From Malacoraja senta (Eukaryota), in assembly GCA_038087875.1 (NCBI GenBank), contig CM075989.1, forward strand, positions 25,110,001 through 25,174,000: a stretch of DNA of 64,000 nt, written 5' to 3'. The position numbers and the translations under genes are program-made. Shown one piece after another: positions 51,956 through 63,123 of this stretch. Every line of letters begins with the position of its first letter. Positions within the stretch are counted from its first letter, which is position 1. The notes below the pieces were generated by a model. That model was not told the DNA's origin and ran no database searches. It saw nothing but the letters and a program-made list of their open reading frames with translations.

Positions 51956-53949
51956 CACTGGGGTGCTCACCTCTCTGTGGGACAGGGGTCCCCCCCGGGA
52001 TGAAGCTTCTGTAGATGAAGCTCTCTGCAAGAGTTCCCTCGTTGGATGGAACCAGTCACTGACGTCGATCAGACACTGTAGGGCAAGAGGCTGTTGTGGC
52101 CATTGGAGTGTATCACTGTTATAAGGAAGGAAGTTTCGATGTCGTAAAACTGGAAGTGGCAACTATCAGGGTGAGGCTGCATCTGTGGAAGGCGACAGAG
52201 AATTAACCATTGGCCAAGTTGCCAGCGAGCTTGTTGGCCGAGCCCACACAGGAAGCTTCAGGTAATCCCCCGCTCATTCCGCTCACTCAGTCAGCAAACC
52301 AGCTTTCAGCATCTTGTGCAGTCCCTCAGGATGTTCCTGTCTCTCCCTGTTTGTTCTAACTCCGCCCAGGGGAGAGTCCTGGGTCATTGTGTATCCAAAT
52401 AATGAAGTGCCTCCAGGCCGAGGATCTACAGCAGGTCAACAGGATGTGTCTGCCCCCTCTGTGATGGTCACAGCTGGGATAGACTTGGCCACAGGTTGAG
52501 TGAGGTTGGTGCCCTCGCTATCTAACGTGTCAATGCCTGAATTTGCCAGGTGCTTCTTGATGTGACAGTGATGGCCACGAAACAACAAGCACATTGGATC
52601 TGCTCCACAGATAGCCCAGTGTCCTGCAGGCAGCACATATCATTGTTGTCTAAATGATATTCATTGTGCTGGAAATAACCGTGGCCCATTCCCCAGAGAG
52701 GGTTGGCTCCAACATGCCTGAGCCTCAGCTCCGGCTCAGACCCAAAGTCAGACCAAAGGACATGAAAGTACATTTGTGACCCACTCATTCTCTCCCACCC
52801 AACATGGGATCCCTTCAGTGCTGGTCCTGTCCTTCCCTCTGTCCACCCCGCCCTCCTTCCCATTCCCCTTCTCACTACAGTACCAGCATTCTTCCTTCTC
52901 CACTCCAATCTCTCCCCTCCACCCTCGTCTCTCCCCCACTCCATCCCCATCTCTCCCCTCCATCCCGTCTCTCCCCTCGCCCGCTCTGCTTTAACTCCTC
53001 TGCTCCGGTTTCCTCCGTGTTCCTTCTCCCTCCTTTCCCACTCCACATGATTTGTTGTCCATCCCCCTCCCGTCCTCCATTCCCAAGTGTTGGAGATGCG
53101 CTGAAGTGCACAATGAGCCTGTGAAAGTTGGTTGTGGTAATTAAAGTTTGACAAGAGGAGCGAGAAGAGGCGATGGAGGGTGAACAATGGCCACAGTGTT
53201 CGGAGTCCCCGGCCAGCCCTCCTCACTCTGGGACAGCCTTTCTTTTAGAGAACAAAAGCATTTGTTTACATGTGTTAACTCCAGCAGTCTGCAGCTTGAT
53301 GTCACAGAGCCAGGTGCAAGAACATCACTACTCATCACACCTCTCCCAGCCTAATGGGGCAGTCATTCGTCAGAACTAATAATCCACAGCCACATATGTG
53401 CACCACTTCAAAGTTACTATGTTACAATATAAATATTGTGCTCAGAAACAAATTCAAAATCATTATTTTCAATGCAGGGCAATGTCAGACAGATTAGAAC
53501 AAAATTCCTAACTTTATTTTGGTTTGAGAGGATTGTAAGGGCTTAACTCAGTGTTAATGATGGGCCTGTGATCATCAAGCTGCCACTAGGTGTTGGTCCA
53601 TCTGCCGCCCTGGCCCATGACTGGGAATAACGGAGACCAGATGAATTGGACTACTTCACTAAAATTAATTGGCACAATTAAAGTCACAAACTTTCAAACT
53701 TTAATAATTGTAAAAGGTACTGATCACAACTCCCTGACTCTGCATTGCTGGGACATAGTTTGTGAGTTAAACACTTATAAATCTTATCATCCTATTTTTT
53801 CTCCTGTGCTTTTGTTGCTTTGAGCTATAAAATACATTTCTTTAGTCTGGGTGCAAGGTTACCCAATTCCAACCTGTGGGGTGAGTTAAGAACTGCTCTG
53901 AACTGTTTGTTAAGACCCTGGATATTTGCCCATTTGTTATCCATCCTAA

Positions 53950-54165
53950 AAGTGCTGGAGTAACTCAGCGGGTCAGGCAGCATCTGTGGAGAACATGGAT
54001 AGGTGACGTTTCACAGAGTGCTGGAGTAACTCAGCGGGTCAGGCAGCATCTGTGGAGAACATGGATAGGTGACGTTTCACAGAGTGCTGGAGTAACTCAG
54101 CGGGTCAGGCAGCATCTGTGGAGAACATGGGTGGGTGATGTTTTGGGTCGGGGCCCTTCTTCAGA
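53950..54165 (-). repeat. Three 66-bp pLTR units ending in a decayed hammerhead head
   Basis: Near-identical tandem units, then ttttgggtcggggcccttcttcaga. Confidence 0.8.
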
Positions 54166-55234
54166 TGGAAAGTCCGGCAGAGCTTTGACAAATGGAATTT
54201 AATCCCAACAAATGCAAGATGCTGAATTTGGGGAAATCTAACAAGGAAGGACATACATAGTAAATAGTCGAGCACTAGGTAACATAGGGTTTCATGTCAA
54301 CCTGGTGACTTCATTTCGGACTATCAATTTATTTTAAATTCCCCAGCGTCAGTAGTGAGCTACAAATTATTGTTTTGATCCTATGGATTACTAAACTTGT
54401 AATATAACCGCTGAAATAATTCATCCCCAATGTGGGAGGATGAGAAGAGGAGCAGATTTGAGTCAGTGTTATATCATTAAGTGAATAACATTATGATAGA
54501 CGGAAAGGCTTGTAGAGTCACTGCGAGCTACGTCGCCCATATGTGTCATTGTGGCAATCTGTGAGAATTAGAAAATCATGTCCTTATTGGTCAGGTTATT
54601 GATTTACATATATTTAGCGCCCTTCTTGATTTCATTACATCTAAAGCACTTAGTACCCAATGAAGGTACTCTAGAAAGAAAAGGTGTGATAAACTGCCTC
54701 TCTAGGTTCTCTGGAGTTCAATGCAGACGATGAACTATGATGCAGTCTTGGAGTTTTGTAAACATTACCGAGGCTAATCAAGCTAAAATTATTTATGTCA
54801 CTAATTTGACAGCTGAAGTGCTCTGGATAGATCTGGGAAAGATGAAGCTAATGCCTGTACAAGAATTGATGGGATGGTGCTCATAACGTAGGGCTTCACC
54901 TGCATGGATTTCATAAGTTTATGTGATAGGAGCAGAATTAGGCCATTCAGCCCATCAAGTCTACTCTGCCATTCAATCGTGGCTGATCTATCTCTCCCTC
55001 TTAACCCCATTCTCCTGCCTTCTCCCCATAACCCCTGACACCAGTACTAATGAAGAATCTATCTATCTATGCCTTTAAAATATCCATTGTTAGCCTCCAT
55101 AGTCTTCCGGAGGTTGGGGAAGTTAGAATTAGAAAAGTTTACTCAGTGCTTCTGTGGCTCCAGAGATTTTTTCCTGGGCAGAAAGTTTTGATAAATAGAC
55201 AAAAGGATTTTCCATCTAGTGATGACCAAAAATC

Positions 55235-55450
55235 AATGGTCTGCTTCAATTCCATAAATCAGAATAAGGTCATATCTCAACTCCTGGACCATTGGCCTTG
55301 GGACCACCACCACCTGCAACTGGTTTCTGGACTTCCTGACCAGCAGATCTCAGTCAGTTAAAATTGGTCATTTCCTCCATGTTGACCCATGATACAAATA
55401 CAACCTTAGGGTTGTGTGCTCAGTCCCTACACCACTCCCTGCACACGAAT
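55235..55450 (+). mobile_element. Decayed Rex1/Babar RT fragment
   Basis: CNWFLDFLTSRSQSVKIG and GCVLSP-like translation. Confidence 0.6.
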
Positions 55451-55454
55451 ATGA

Positions 55455-58400
55455 ACTGTAAAATGGGGTGGACAATCGTTATTGAAAGCCAGTAGTCATC
55501 GATGAGAAGGTGAGTGTTGATGGTTCAGAACTGTCAGACATTGATTGTAAAAGCAGATGAATTTTAATTGTTAATAGATATCAGATATCAAATACAATAA
55601 TGAAATGCCAAACTGCATGATAACTGAAGCCAACTGGATAAGGTTGTTGAAGTACACTGACTGGATCAGGTTGTTGAAGTTGAGATTTTTATTCTGAATT
55701 TGGAGAAACATTAATTATTGAAAGATAATAGATATTGTTGAAAATTAGACACACTGAATATTGAAATCAATCAATCAATCATATTTATTCATCACATACA
55801 CAATAAACTTGCCAGCAACGGTACAATCAAAAAGAACACACAATACAAAGCTCATCGATATTGATTACAAGGACATATAATTGACATTGACAGTAATTTA
55901 TTGTAAACTAGGATGTTTGTTCATAGTTGAATGATAATGGATGTTGATTATAATATTACTTTTGAAAACTAATGGGTTATTGATTGTAAAATTAATTGAA
56001 AGTGTTTTGAAATCTTTAAGATTGCACACGGCACTGACAGCTAATGGCCATTGATTTTCAAACTGGATCTGCAACGAGTTTGAAGCTGAAAGGTATTTAA
56101 TTTTAAATTGGCTGTGTTATGATTATTGAAAAATGATGTTTATTGATTTTAAAATGAGATCGTTATCAATTATTGAACACTGATGTGAATTGTTTGTGGT
56201 GCAGTAAGGCTGATAATAGAAATGAAATCAATTTTTGATCAAAGGAAAGGGGTAGAATATTGTCAGGATTGAGAACATTTCAGAATTCAGTAAGGAAACA
56301 TCTTCAGCAAGATGTTGTCAAGGAAAGAGAGAGTAGAGTGCAAGAATAATCTAATGAGAAGAATAAAAACATACAAGATATTTCGGTGGTCTATAAATGC
56401 TGTTATAGACATGTTTAAAGCAAAAGATTAGCAAAGGTTTATATGGGTCTGGCAGCTCCTATAGAAAGAGAAACAAAGTCTCAGGTCAAAGACCAGTCAA
56501 GGGAACTGGAAAAGAAAGAAAACAAGTTGTATCATGCTGCACAAAAATCAGGGGAAAGAGCGGATAGGACAGGGTGATCGGGTGAAGTCAGGAACAATGA
56601 CAATAGAGAATCAGGAACGGGCACCTAAACATGGCAGAAAATACAGAAAACCTCCCGGTAATAAACTGATCTCGAGTGACGGAGGAACTGACAAAAGTCA
56701 GCATCAGAAACAGTATTGGAGAAATTAATGGAACTAAAAGGCAATACATCTCCAAGGACTGATAATCGCAAGTGGACAGAGACCGGGTTCAATCGGGATG
56801 GACGCCGATGGCTGATAATTGTTTGATTATCAAATAAAAAATGAGATGCTCATTATTATTAAAAAACGGTATTCTAAAGATTGTAAAATACGATGAACAC
56901 TGGGATTAAAAGCCGCTGCGTATTGATTGTAAATTTAGATGGATCCTGAAGAGCAATGGACATTGATCGTAAATATCAGGAAGTCGTGGATATTGATTAG
57001 TAAATGATTGTCAATAACTAAACATGATAATTGCCAAATTGAAATGGGTAATACTTTTAGCAAGCTGATTGTATGGAGTTGGTAAAATAGCATGGATTAT
57101 AGAACAGCTTGAAAATTGTTTCCAAAATCCGATTTGAGTGATGATTATTGAAATCTGATGGTTATATATTGCAACATGTAGTGGACAGTGATCATTAGAA
57201 ACCTGATAATTGTCAAATTGAACAATGCTTCTGGAAAGTGTATGGATATTAATGGTAATACAGAATACATAGGGGCATTGATTGCTGAGGGGTACGGATT
57301 GTGAAAATAGACGCTGACTGTTGCAAACTGCTGGAGGTGAGTTATGCATCAGTGGAGTGATTGTTATTGAAACCTGGTGGATACGGTAAGTAATATTCTA
57401 CATACCGTAATCATTATATGTGGGCAGGTGTTGATTGTAAAATCAGGTGGACACTGATTATTGTAAACTAGAGGATGTTGTGTAGAATCAGATGGAAGCT
57501 AATAATGAAAAGTTGCTTACGAAATGTGAAGTGCGGCAATCATATTAATTAAAGTGGGATTGGCAAAATTTTTAACTAGCTACTGGATAAAATAGCATGG
57601 ATATTGATTGTTACACCTTGATTATTAAACTATTGAATTCAAATATTTGATTAAAAATTGTTTCATATTTATTATCTCACCTTCAACTTATGCTGTCTAG
57701 CGTTGGACTCCCCTACCCTAGAGAAAAGACTAGCAATCCATCTTATCTATGCCCCTTATTGGTTTATAAACTCCATATGGTCACCCTCAGCTTTCTTCGC
57801 TCTGGGTAAAACAATCCCAGCCGATCCAGCCTCCTGGTAACTCCAGCTCTCTGGTCCCAGCACCCTTGGGAATCTTTTCTGCACCCTCTCCTGCTTCATT
57901 TCATCCAACCTATGTTATGATAACTGGAAATTAACATAATATTCCAGGTGCTGTCTCACAAATGTCTTCAACATCTGTAATCTGAATCCCAACAGTGGGT
58001 ATTCGAAGCTGATGAATGGCGTTTGCAAACTTTTTGATAAATATTGATTAATTGTAAAATAACACCGTCACTGATACTGAAAACCAATAGATATCAGTTC
58101 CAAACTCAGATGGTCCTGATGATGGATATTGATTGTAGAATGTAATGAATGTTGAATATTGGGGATTGATGTATATTGATTATAAAATAGAATAAATAGG
58201 GATTATTGAAAGCAGGTTGTAAAAAAGATAGATGCTGATTATTGAACTGTGAAAGATAATATTTATAAAATCAGATGACCACTGAATATTTAAGATGATG
58301 GATATCGCTGTAAAATCAGACTCTCATTAAACACGTGTGTTTTAAGTTGTAGTCAGTGGAAGGGTGCAGGGAACACGGGATGGAATTGTCCCAGTGTCAC

Positions 58401-60330
58401 GTACACTGTTGCCACCCAAGACAGGACAATGCACATTTGTTAATAAAAGCTGAAGGAGTTGTAAATAGAGGAAGATGAATGACATGCAGAAAGATAAGAT
58501 TAATGTGAGAATTGTGAAATGCAGAAGATAGCAGTTGTTAGAAATATGAACTAAACAAAAGTACTTGATATATTCACCAAATCAGGTAGCAGCTGCAGAG
58601 CGAGGAAATTAGTTATTCTTACAGGTGGAATAAAAAATAATGGATTTCACCTGCATAGTGAGTGGGCTATAGAAACCCATGGTAGATTGTAAAATCAAAA
58701 TGTGGGATGAACACTGAGAATTGATCTGATCTGTACTGATCATTAAATGCTTCTGACTAGTGGGAGAGTCTAGAACCAGAGGGCACAGCCTCAGAATAAA
58801 ACGGTGTTCCTTTAGATAGGAGACGAGAAGGAATTTCTGTCGCCAGAGGGTGGTGAATCTATGGGATTCATTACCAAGGTTGGCTGTGGAGGCCGTCGTT
58901 TGGTATTTTTAACGCGGAGATTGAAAGGTTCTAGTTTAGTAAGGTATCAAAGGTTACAGGGAGAATGCAGGAAAATGGGGTTGGGGAAAGATAGATCAAT
59001 CATGATTGAATGGCGGAGTAGACTAGATGGGCCGAATGCTCCTATAACTTATGAAGATTATTTTACTGGCAAATCCGATGAACACTGACAAGTGAATATT
59101 AATGCACAGTGATTGTAAACTTAAAAGGAGAGTGATCATTGAAGGCTGATCAATAATGATCGTAAAATACAATATGTATTGGTTAATTTTGCTTGCAAAA
59201 TTTGATGTAGTTAAGAGAAGGCTGATGGATATCGATTTTAAAAATTACATTGGACAATCATTTTAGAAAGATGATAGATATTATTTTCAAAATAAGATGT
59301 GCACTGAACTCTGAAATTTAATGGATATTAATTGTAAAATAAGATTGTTTTTGATCATTGAATGTTGATCAATATGATTGTAAAATCAAATGGATGCTGA
59401 TTATAGATAATGGGTGATGATTCTAAAATCAGATATGATTATTGAATCAAGGTGATTATTAAAAGCTTGTAAAAATTACATTCTTTTTTATAGGCTGATT
59501 GAACTTGACTACAGAACCAGATGAAAAGTGCTTACTGAAAATCTCGGATATTTATTTTTAAATCAGATGAATAAAAGAATGCTAATGGATATTGATTTAA
59601 AAATTAATGGTTGATTTTTGAAACTTGATGGGTATTGATCATAATCATTGGATGGATATTTATTATAAAATCAGATGGACATTAATTATTACACGCTGCT
59701 GAATTTTAATTATATATTGTAGTGAATACCAATATTAGAAGTCTAATTGTTATTGATTATGAAATATGATGGATGATGATTACACAAAGCTGGTGGATAT
59801 GAATCTGAAAATGTGGACACTGTCTTACAGCAGGCTGAGGAGTACACTGTGAAATGGATTGACTTGGATTATTGAAGAATGACAGATATTGAATATTAAA
59901 TTGATATTATATTGATCACTGAAAGGCCAATGATACCTGCAATAAAGTATCAATCAATCAATGTAAAATCAGGTGAACACTAATTATTAAAAGTTGCTGG
60001 CTTTTGATCGTAAAGTCCGATGTACACTGATTGTTGAAAGCTGCTGGATGTTGCATGTCTCATTGAACGGATAGAGATTATTGATAAATGCTCCATTTTG
60101 ATTTTAAAATTGTATCAACAATTTGTTGATTACTGATTGATATTGACTGCAAAATTGGATGGTTACAAGGTAGTGAACACCAATGTAGATTGGTGTAGAA
60201 CTCATGTAGATTGGATGGAAGATTATTATTTAAATATGTTGGACATTGATTGCAAAATTGGATGGTTAAGACTTATGGATTAATAATGTACATTGGATGG
60301 AAAGTTATTGTTTAAACTAATGGGTATTGT
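55455..60330. repeat. Highly degenerate ~47-bp AT-rich satellite, interrupted by LINE fragments
   Basis: Recurrent GATGGATATTGATTGTAAAATCA-GATGGACACTGATTATTGAAAGCT; anchor spacings 59287/59334/59380 (47, 46) and 59963/60010 (47). Confidence 0.8.
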
Positions 60331-60462
60331 TCCCTAAGACTTGGAACTGGGTGGTGGGAACATGGAGCCAGCTGCCAGGGTAGGTGAGGGGTGCAGGTGA
60401 GAGATTCGGACATTGGGAGGTCAGAACACAGAGTGCAAAGTATAGAGAGGAATGGGGAGCAA

Positions 60463-60479
60463 AGGTCATTAATAGGTCA
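60463..60479 (+). promoter_or_regulatory. Perfect DR5 nuclear-receptor element (candidate retinoic-acid response element)
   Basis: AGGTCA-ttaat-AGGTCA; more AGGTCA at 60418 and 60502 and AGGTTA at 60484. The motif is certain; function is inferred. Confidence 0.5.
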
Positions 60480-60621
60480 GCAAAGGTTAACAGTCAGTAA
60501 AAGGTCAGCAAAGTGTCCAGAGAAATGGGAAAGTTTGGACAGAGATGTCCACATGGCGGTTTAGGCATGAGAGAGAGAGAGAGATTTGGACAGGGAAGGG
60601 CTTAAACATGAGAGTTTCTAA

Positions 60622-60731
60622 CAGTGGGTGAGTTTCAGACAGTGAGTGAGTTTCGGACAGTGAGTGAGTTTCGGACAGTGAGTGAGTTCGGACAGTGAGT
60701 GAGTTTCGGACAGTGGGTGAGTTTCGGAGTT
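60622..60731. repeat. 18-bp tandem repeat (CAGTGAGTGAGTTTCGGA), 5-6 copies
   Basis: Direct tandem units. Confidence 0.88.
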
Positions 60732-61204
60732 TCGGCCAGTGAGGGATGGGGAGAGATGTAATACTGGCGGGTAACTCGAGCGCTGACCAAGACTCGGAAA
60801 CCGAGAAAATCGGACAGTCGGTGAGAAACATCAACAGTGATTTCGGTCATAGAGTGATGCAGTATGGAAGCAGGCCCTTCGGCTCACACCGGCTAACATG
60901 CCCCCTCTACGCTAGTCCCACCTGCCCGCATTTGGTGTATATCCCTCCAAACTTGTCCTATCCGTGTACCTGTCTAACCGTTTATTAAACATTGCGTAAA
61001 CGGGCCGAGGGAGTTTGAACCATTCTAGTAATTAATGTTTCCACACCTCAGATACAGCGCGAGAGAGAGAGCGCGATGGGGGCAGCGAGACCCTCGGGCA
61101 CTGCGCTCCGGACACGGGGACCGGGTCAATGGGAGGGGGGGTGGGTGGCGGAGTGGGGGAGCGTGGGGACTGTGAGAGGTGGGAGTAAAGGCTGCGAAGG
61201 GGGT

Positions 61205-61712
61205 GGAACTATGGGGGTAGGACTATGGGGGTACAGGGGCAGTGGGGGGGGGACAGTGAGGATATTTGGGCCGTGTGGAGGGGGGGTAGGGACTATGGGG
61301 GTACAGGGGCAGTGGGGGGGGTAGGGTCTATGGGAGTATTGGGGCAATGTGGGGGGGTGGGACAGTGAGATTTGGGCCGTGTGGGGAGGGTAGGGACTAT
61401 GGGGGTACAGGGGCAGTGTGGGGGTGTGTGTAGGGACTATGGGGAAGGGGTAGTGTGGGGGGGGTAGGGACTATGGGGGTACATGGGGCAGTGTGGGAGG
61501 GGGTAGGGACTATGGGGGTACAGGGGCAGTGGGGGCAGTGGGGGCAGGTAGGGACTATGGGGGTACAGGGGCAGTGGGGGGGTAGGGACCATAGGGGTAC
61601 AGGGGCAGTGGGGGGGGTAGGGACTATGGGGGTACAGGGGCAGTGGGGGGGTAGGAACTATGGGGGTACAGGGGCAGTGTGGGGGGGGTAGGGACTATGG
61701 GGAAGGGGCAGT
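61205..61712. repeat. G-rich ~33-36-bp minisatellite (GTAGGGACTATGGGGGTACAGGGGCAGTGn) upstream of ALDH1A3
   Basis: A dozen or more tandem units. Confidence 0.9.
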
Positions 61713-61849
61713 GAGCACACTGACGGTCTCGGCAGATTGACCAGGTGGACACATGGCGGATAATGTCAGCGCCGAGACAAGTATCGCTGCGCCTCCAATG
61801 TCCAACTCTTCCCCGGGTTCCCAGCCTCGGCTCCGGACACCAGGACACT

Positions 61850-61968
61850 GGGAACTGCAGGCGCTAGTTTACCAAAACAGACACAATGTGCTGGAGTAAC
61901 TCAGGGGTCGGCAGCATCACTGGAGAACATGGATCGGTGACGTTTCGGGTGGCGACCCTGCTTCAGAT
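61850..61968 (-). mobile_element. pLTR/hammerhead-derived insertion in the ALDH1A3 proximal promoter region
   Basis: ggaactgcag...tgctggagtaactcag...gacgtttcgggtggcgaccctgcttcaga. Confidence 0.75.
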
Positions 61969-62149
61969 TTCTTTCTCCTCCTTTCTCCCTCATCTTTAGC
62001 TGTGGATGGGGCAGGGTTGGGGTTCGATGGTCCACCCACCTGCCCGCCTGCCCACCCACCTATGTGGGCGCTGGGTCACCTGTACGACAGGTCGCGGCGC
62101 TGGGACGGCAATGAATGAATGAATGAAGGGGAGTCTGTGCCAGGAGTGT

Positions 62150-62225
62150 CGCTTTAAAACAGGCGGGACCGGCTGCCTGAGGTGGGACCGACCAATGGGT
62201 GTCTGTAGCCCGGCGCTTAAAGCCC
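62150..62225 (+). promoter_or_regulatory. ALDH1A3 core promoter: GC box, CCAAT box, TATA-like element
   Basis: aggcgggacc at 62161-62170, CCAAT at 62192-62196, cTTAAAg at 62216-62222; implies a transcription start near 62245-62255, ~45 nt before the ATG. Confidence 0.6.
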
Positions 62226-62296
62226 GCAAACCTGACCGACAGACAGCTCGATCCCGCTCCCGCACCGTCAGACTGAGGCAACGGGGCAGCGCGGCC

Positions 62297-62410
62297 ATGG
62301 CGGAGAACGGAGTGACGGACAACGGGGAGGTGGGCAGCGGGGAGATGGGCCGAGCGGCCCCGGCACCGCCGCCGAGACCCGCGAAAAACCTGCGGGTCAA
62401 GTACACCAAG
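62297..62410 (+). CDS. ALDH1A3: Aldehyde dehydrogenase 1A3 (retinaldehyde dehydrogenase 3), first coding exon
   Basis: Strong Kozak context gcggccATGG. Encodes MAENGVTDNGEVGSGEMGRAAPAPPPRPAKNLRVKYTK then GT, matching the human N-terminus as recalled ([33 protein letters not shown]|intron, phase 0). CpG-rich context and synteny downstream of ASB7 support the call. Confidence 0.9.
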
Positions 62411-62420
62411 GTGCCGTGAG

Positions 62421-63123
62421 AGGGTCGGTGGGTGGATGCGGGGTGAGGGTGGGGGGTGTGGGTGGGTGCGGGGTGTGGGTGGGTGGATGCGGGGTGTGGG
62501 TGGGGGGTGTGGGTGGATGCGGGGTGTGGGTGGGGGGTGTGGGTGGATGCGGGGTGTGGGTGGGTGCGGGGTCGGTGGGTGCGGGGTGAGGGTGGGTGGG
62601 TGCGGGGTGAGGGAGGGTGGGTGCGGGGTGAGGGAGGGTGCGGGTGAGGGTGGGTGCGGGGTGTGGGAGGGTGGGTGCGGGGTGTGGGTGGGTGCGGGGT
62701 GTGGGTGGGTGCGGGGTGAGGGAGGGTGGGTGCGGGGTGTGGGTGGGTGCGGGGTGTGGGTGGGTGCGGGGTGAGGGAGGGTGGGTGCGGGGTGAGGGTG
62801 GGTGGGTGCGGGGTGAGGGTGGGTGCGGGGTGGGTGGTGGGTGCGGGTGAGGGTGGGTGCGGGGTGCGGGGTGAGGGTGGGTGCGGGGTGCGGGGTGGGT
62901 GCGGGGTCGGTGGGTGCGGGGTGTGGGTGGGTGGGTGAGGGTGGGTGCGGGGTCGGTGGGTGCGGGGTGTGGGTGGGTGAGTGAGGGTGGGTGCGGGGTC
63001 GGTGGGTGCGGGGTGTGGGTGGGTGGGTGAGGGTGGGTGCGGGGTGAGGGTGGGTGCGGGGTCGGTGGGTGCGGGGTGTGGGTGGGTGAGTGAGGGTGGG
63101 TGCGGGGTGAGGGTGGGTGGGTG
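62421..63123. repeat. G-rich tandem repeat (GGGTGGGTGCGGGGTGW) at the start of ALDH1A3 intron 1
   Basis: About 700 bp of GGGT-based units beginning 10 nt after the donor site. Confidence 0.93.

Noticed and set aside
52522-53226. 234-aa ORF
   Set aside because: Spans a purine-rich low-complexity tract with no recognisable domain.
62123-62296. 58-aa N-terminal extension of ALDH1A3 from upstream in-frame ATGs
   Set aside because: These ATGs lie upstream of or within the CCAAT and TATA-like elements. ATG 62297 has the strong Kozak context and matches the homologous start.
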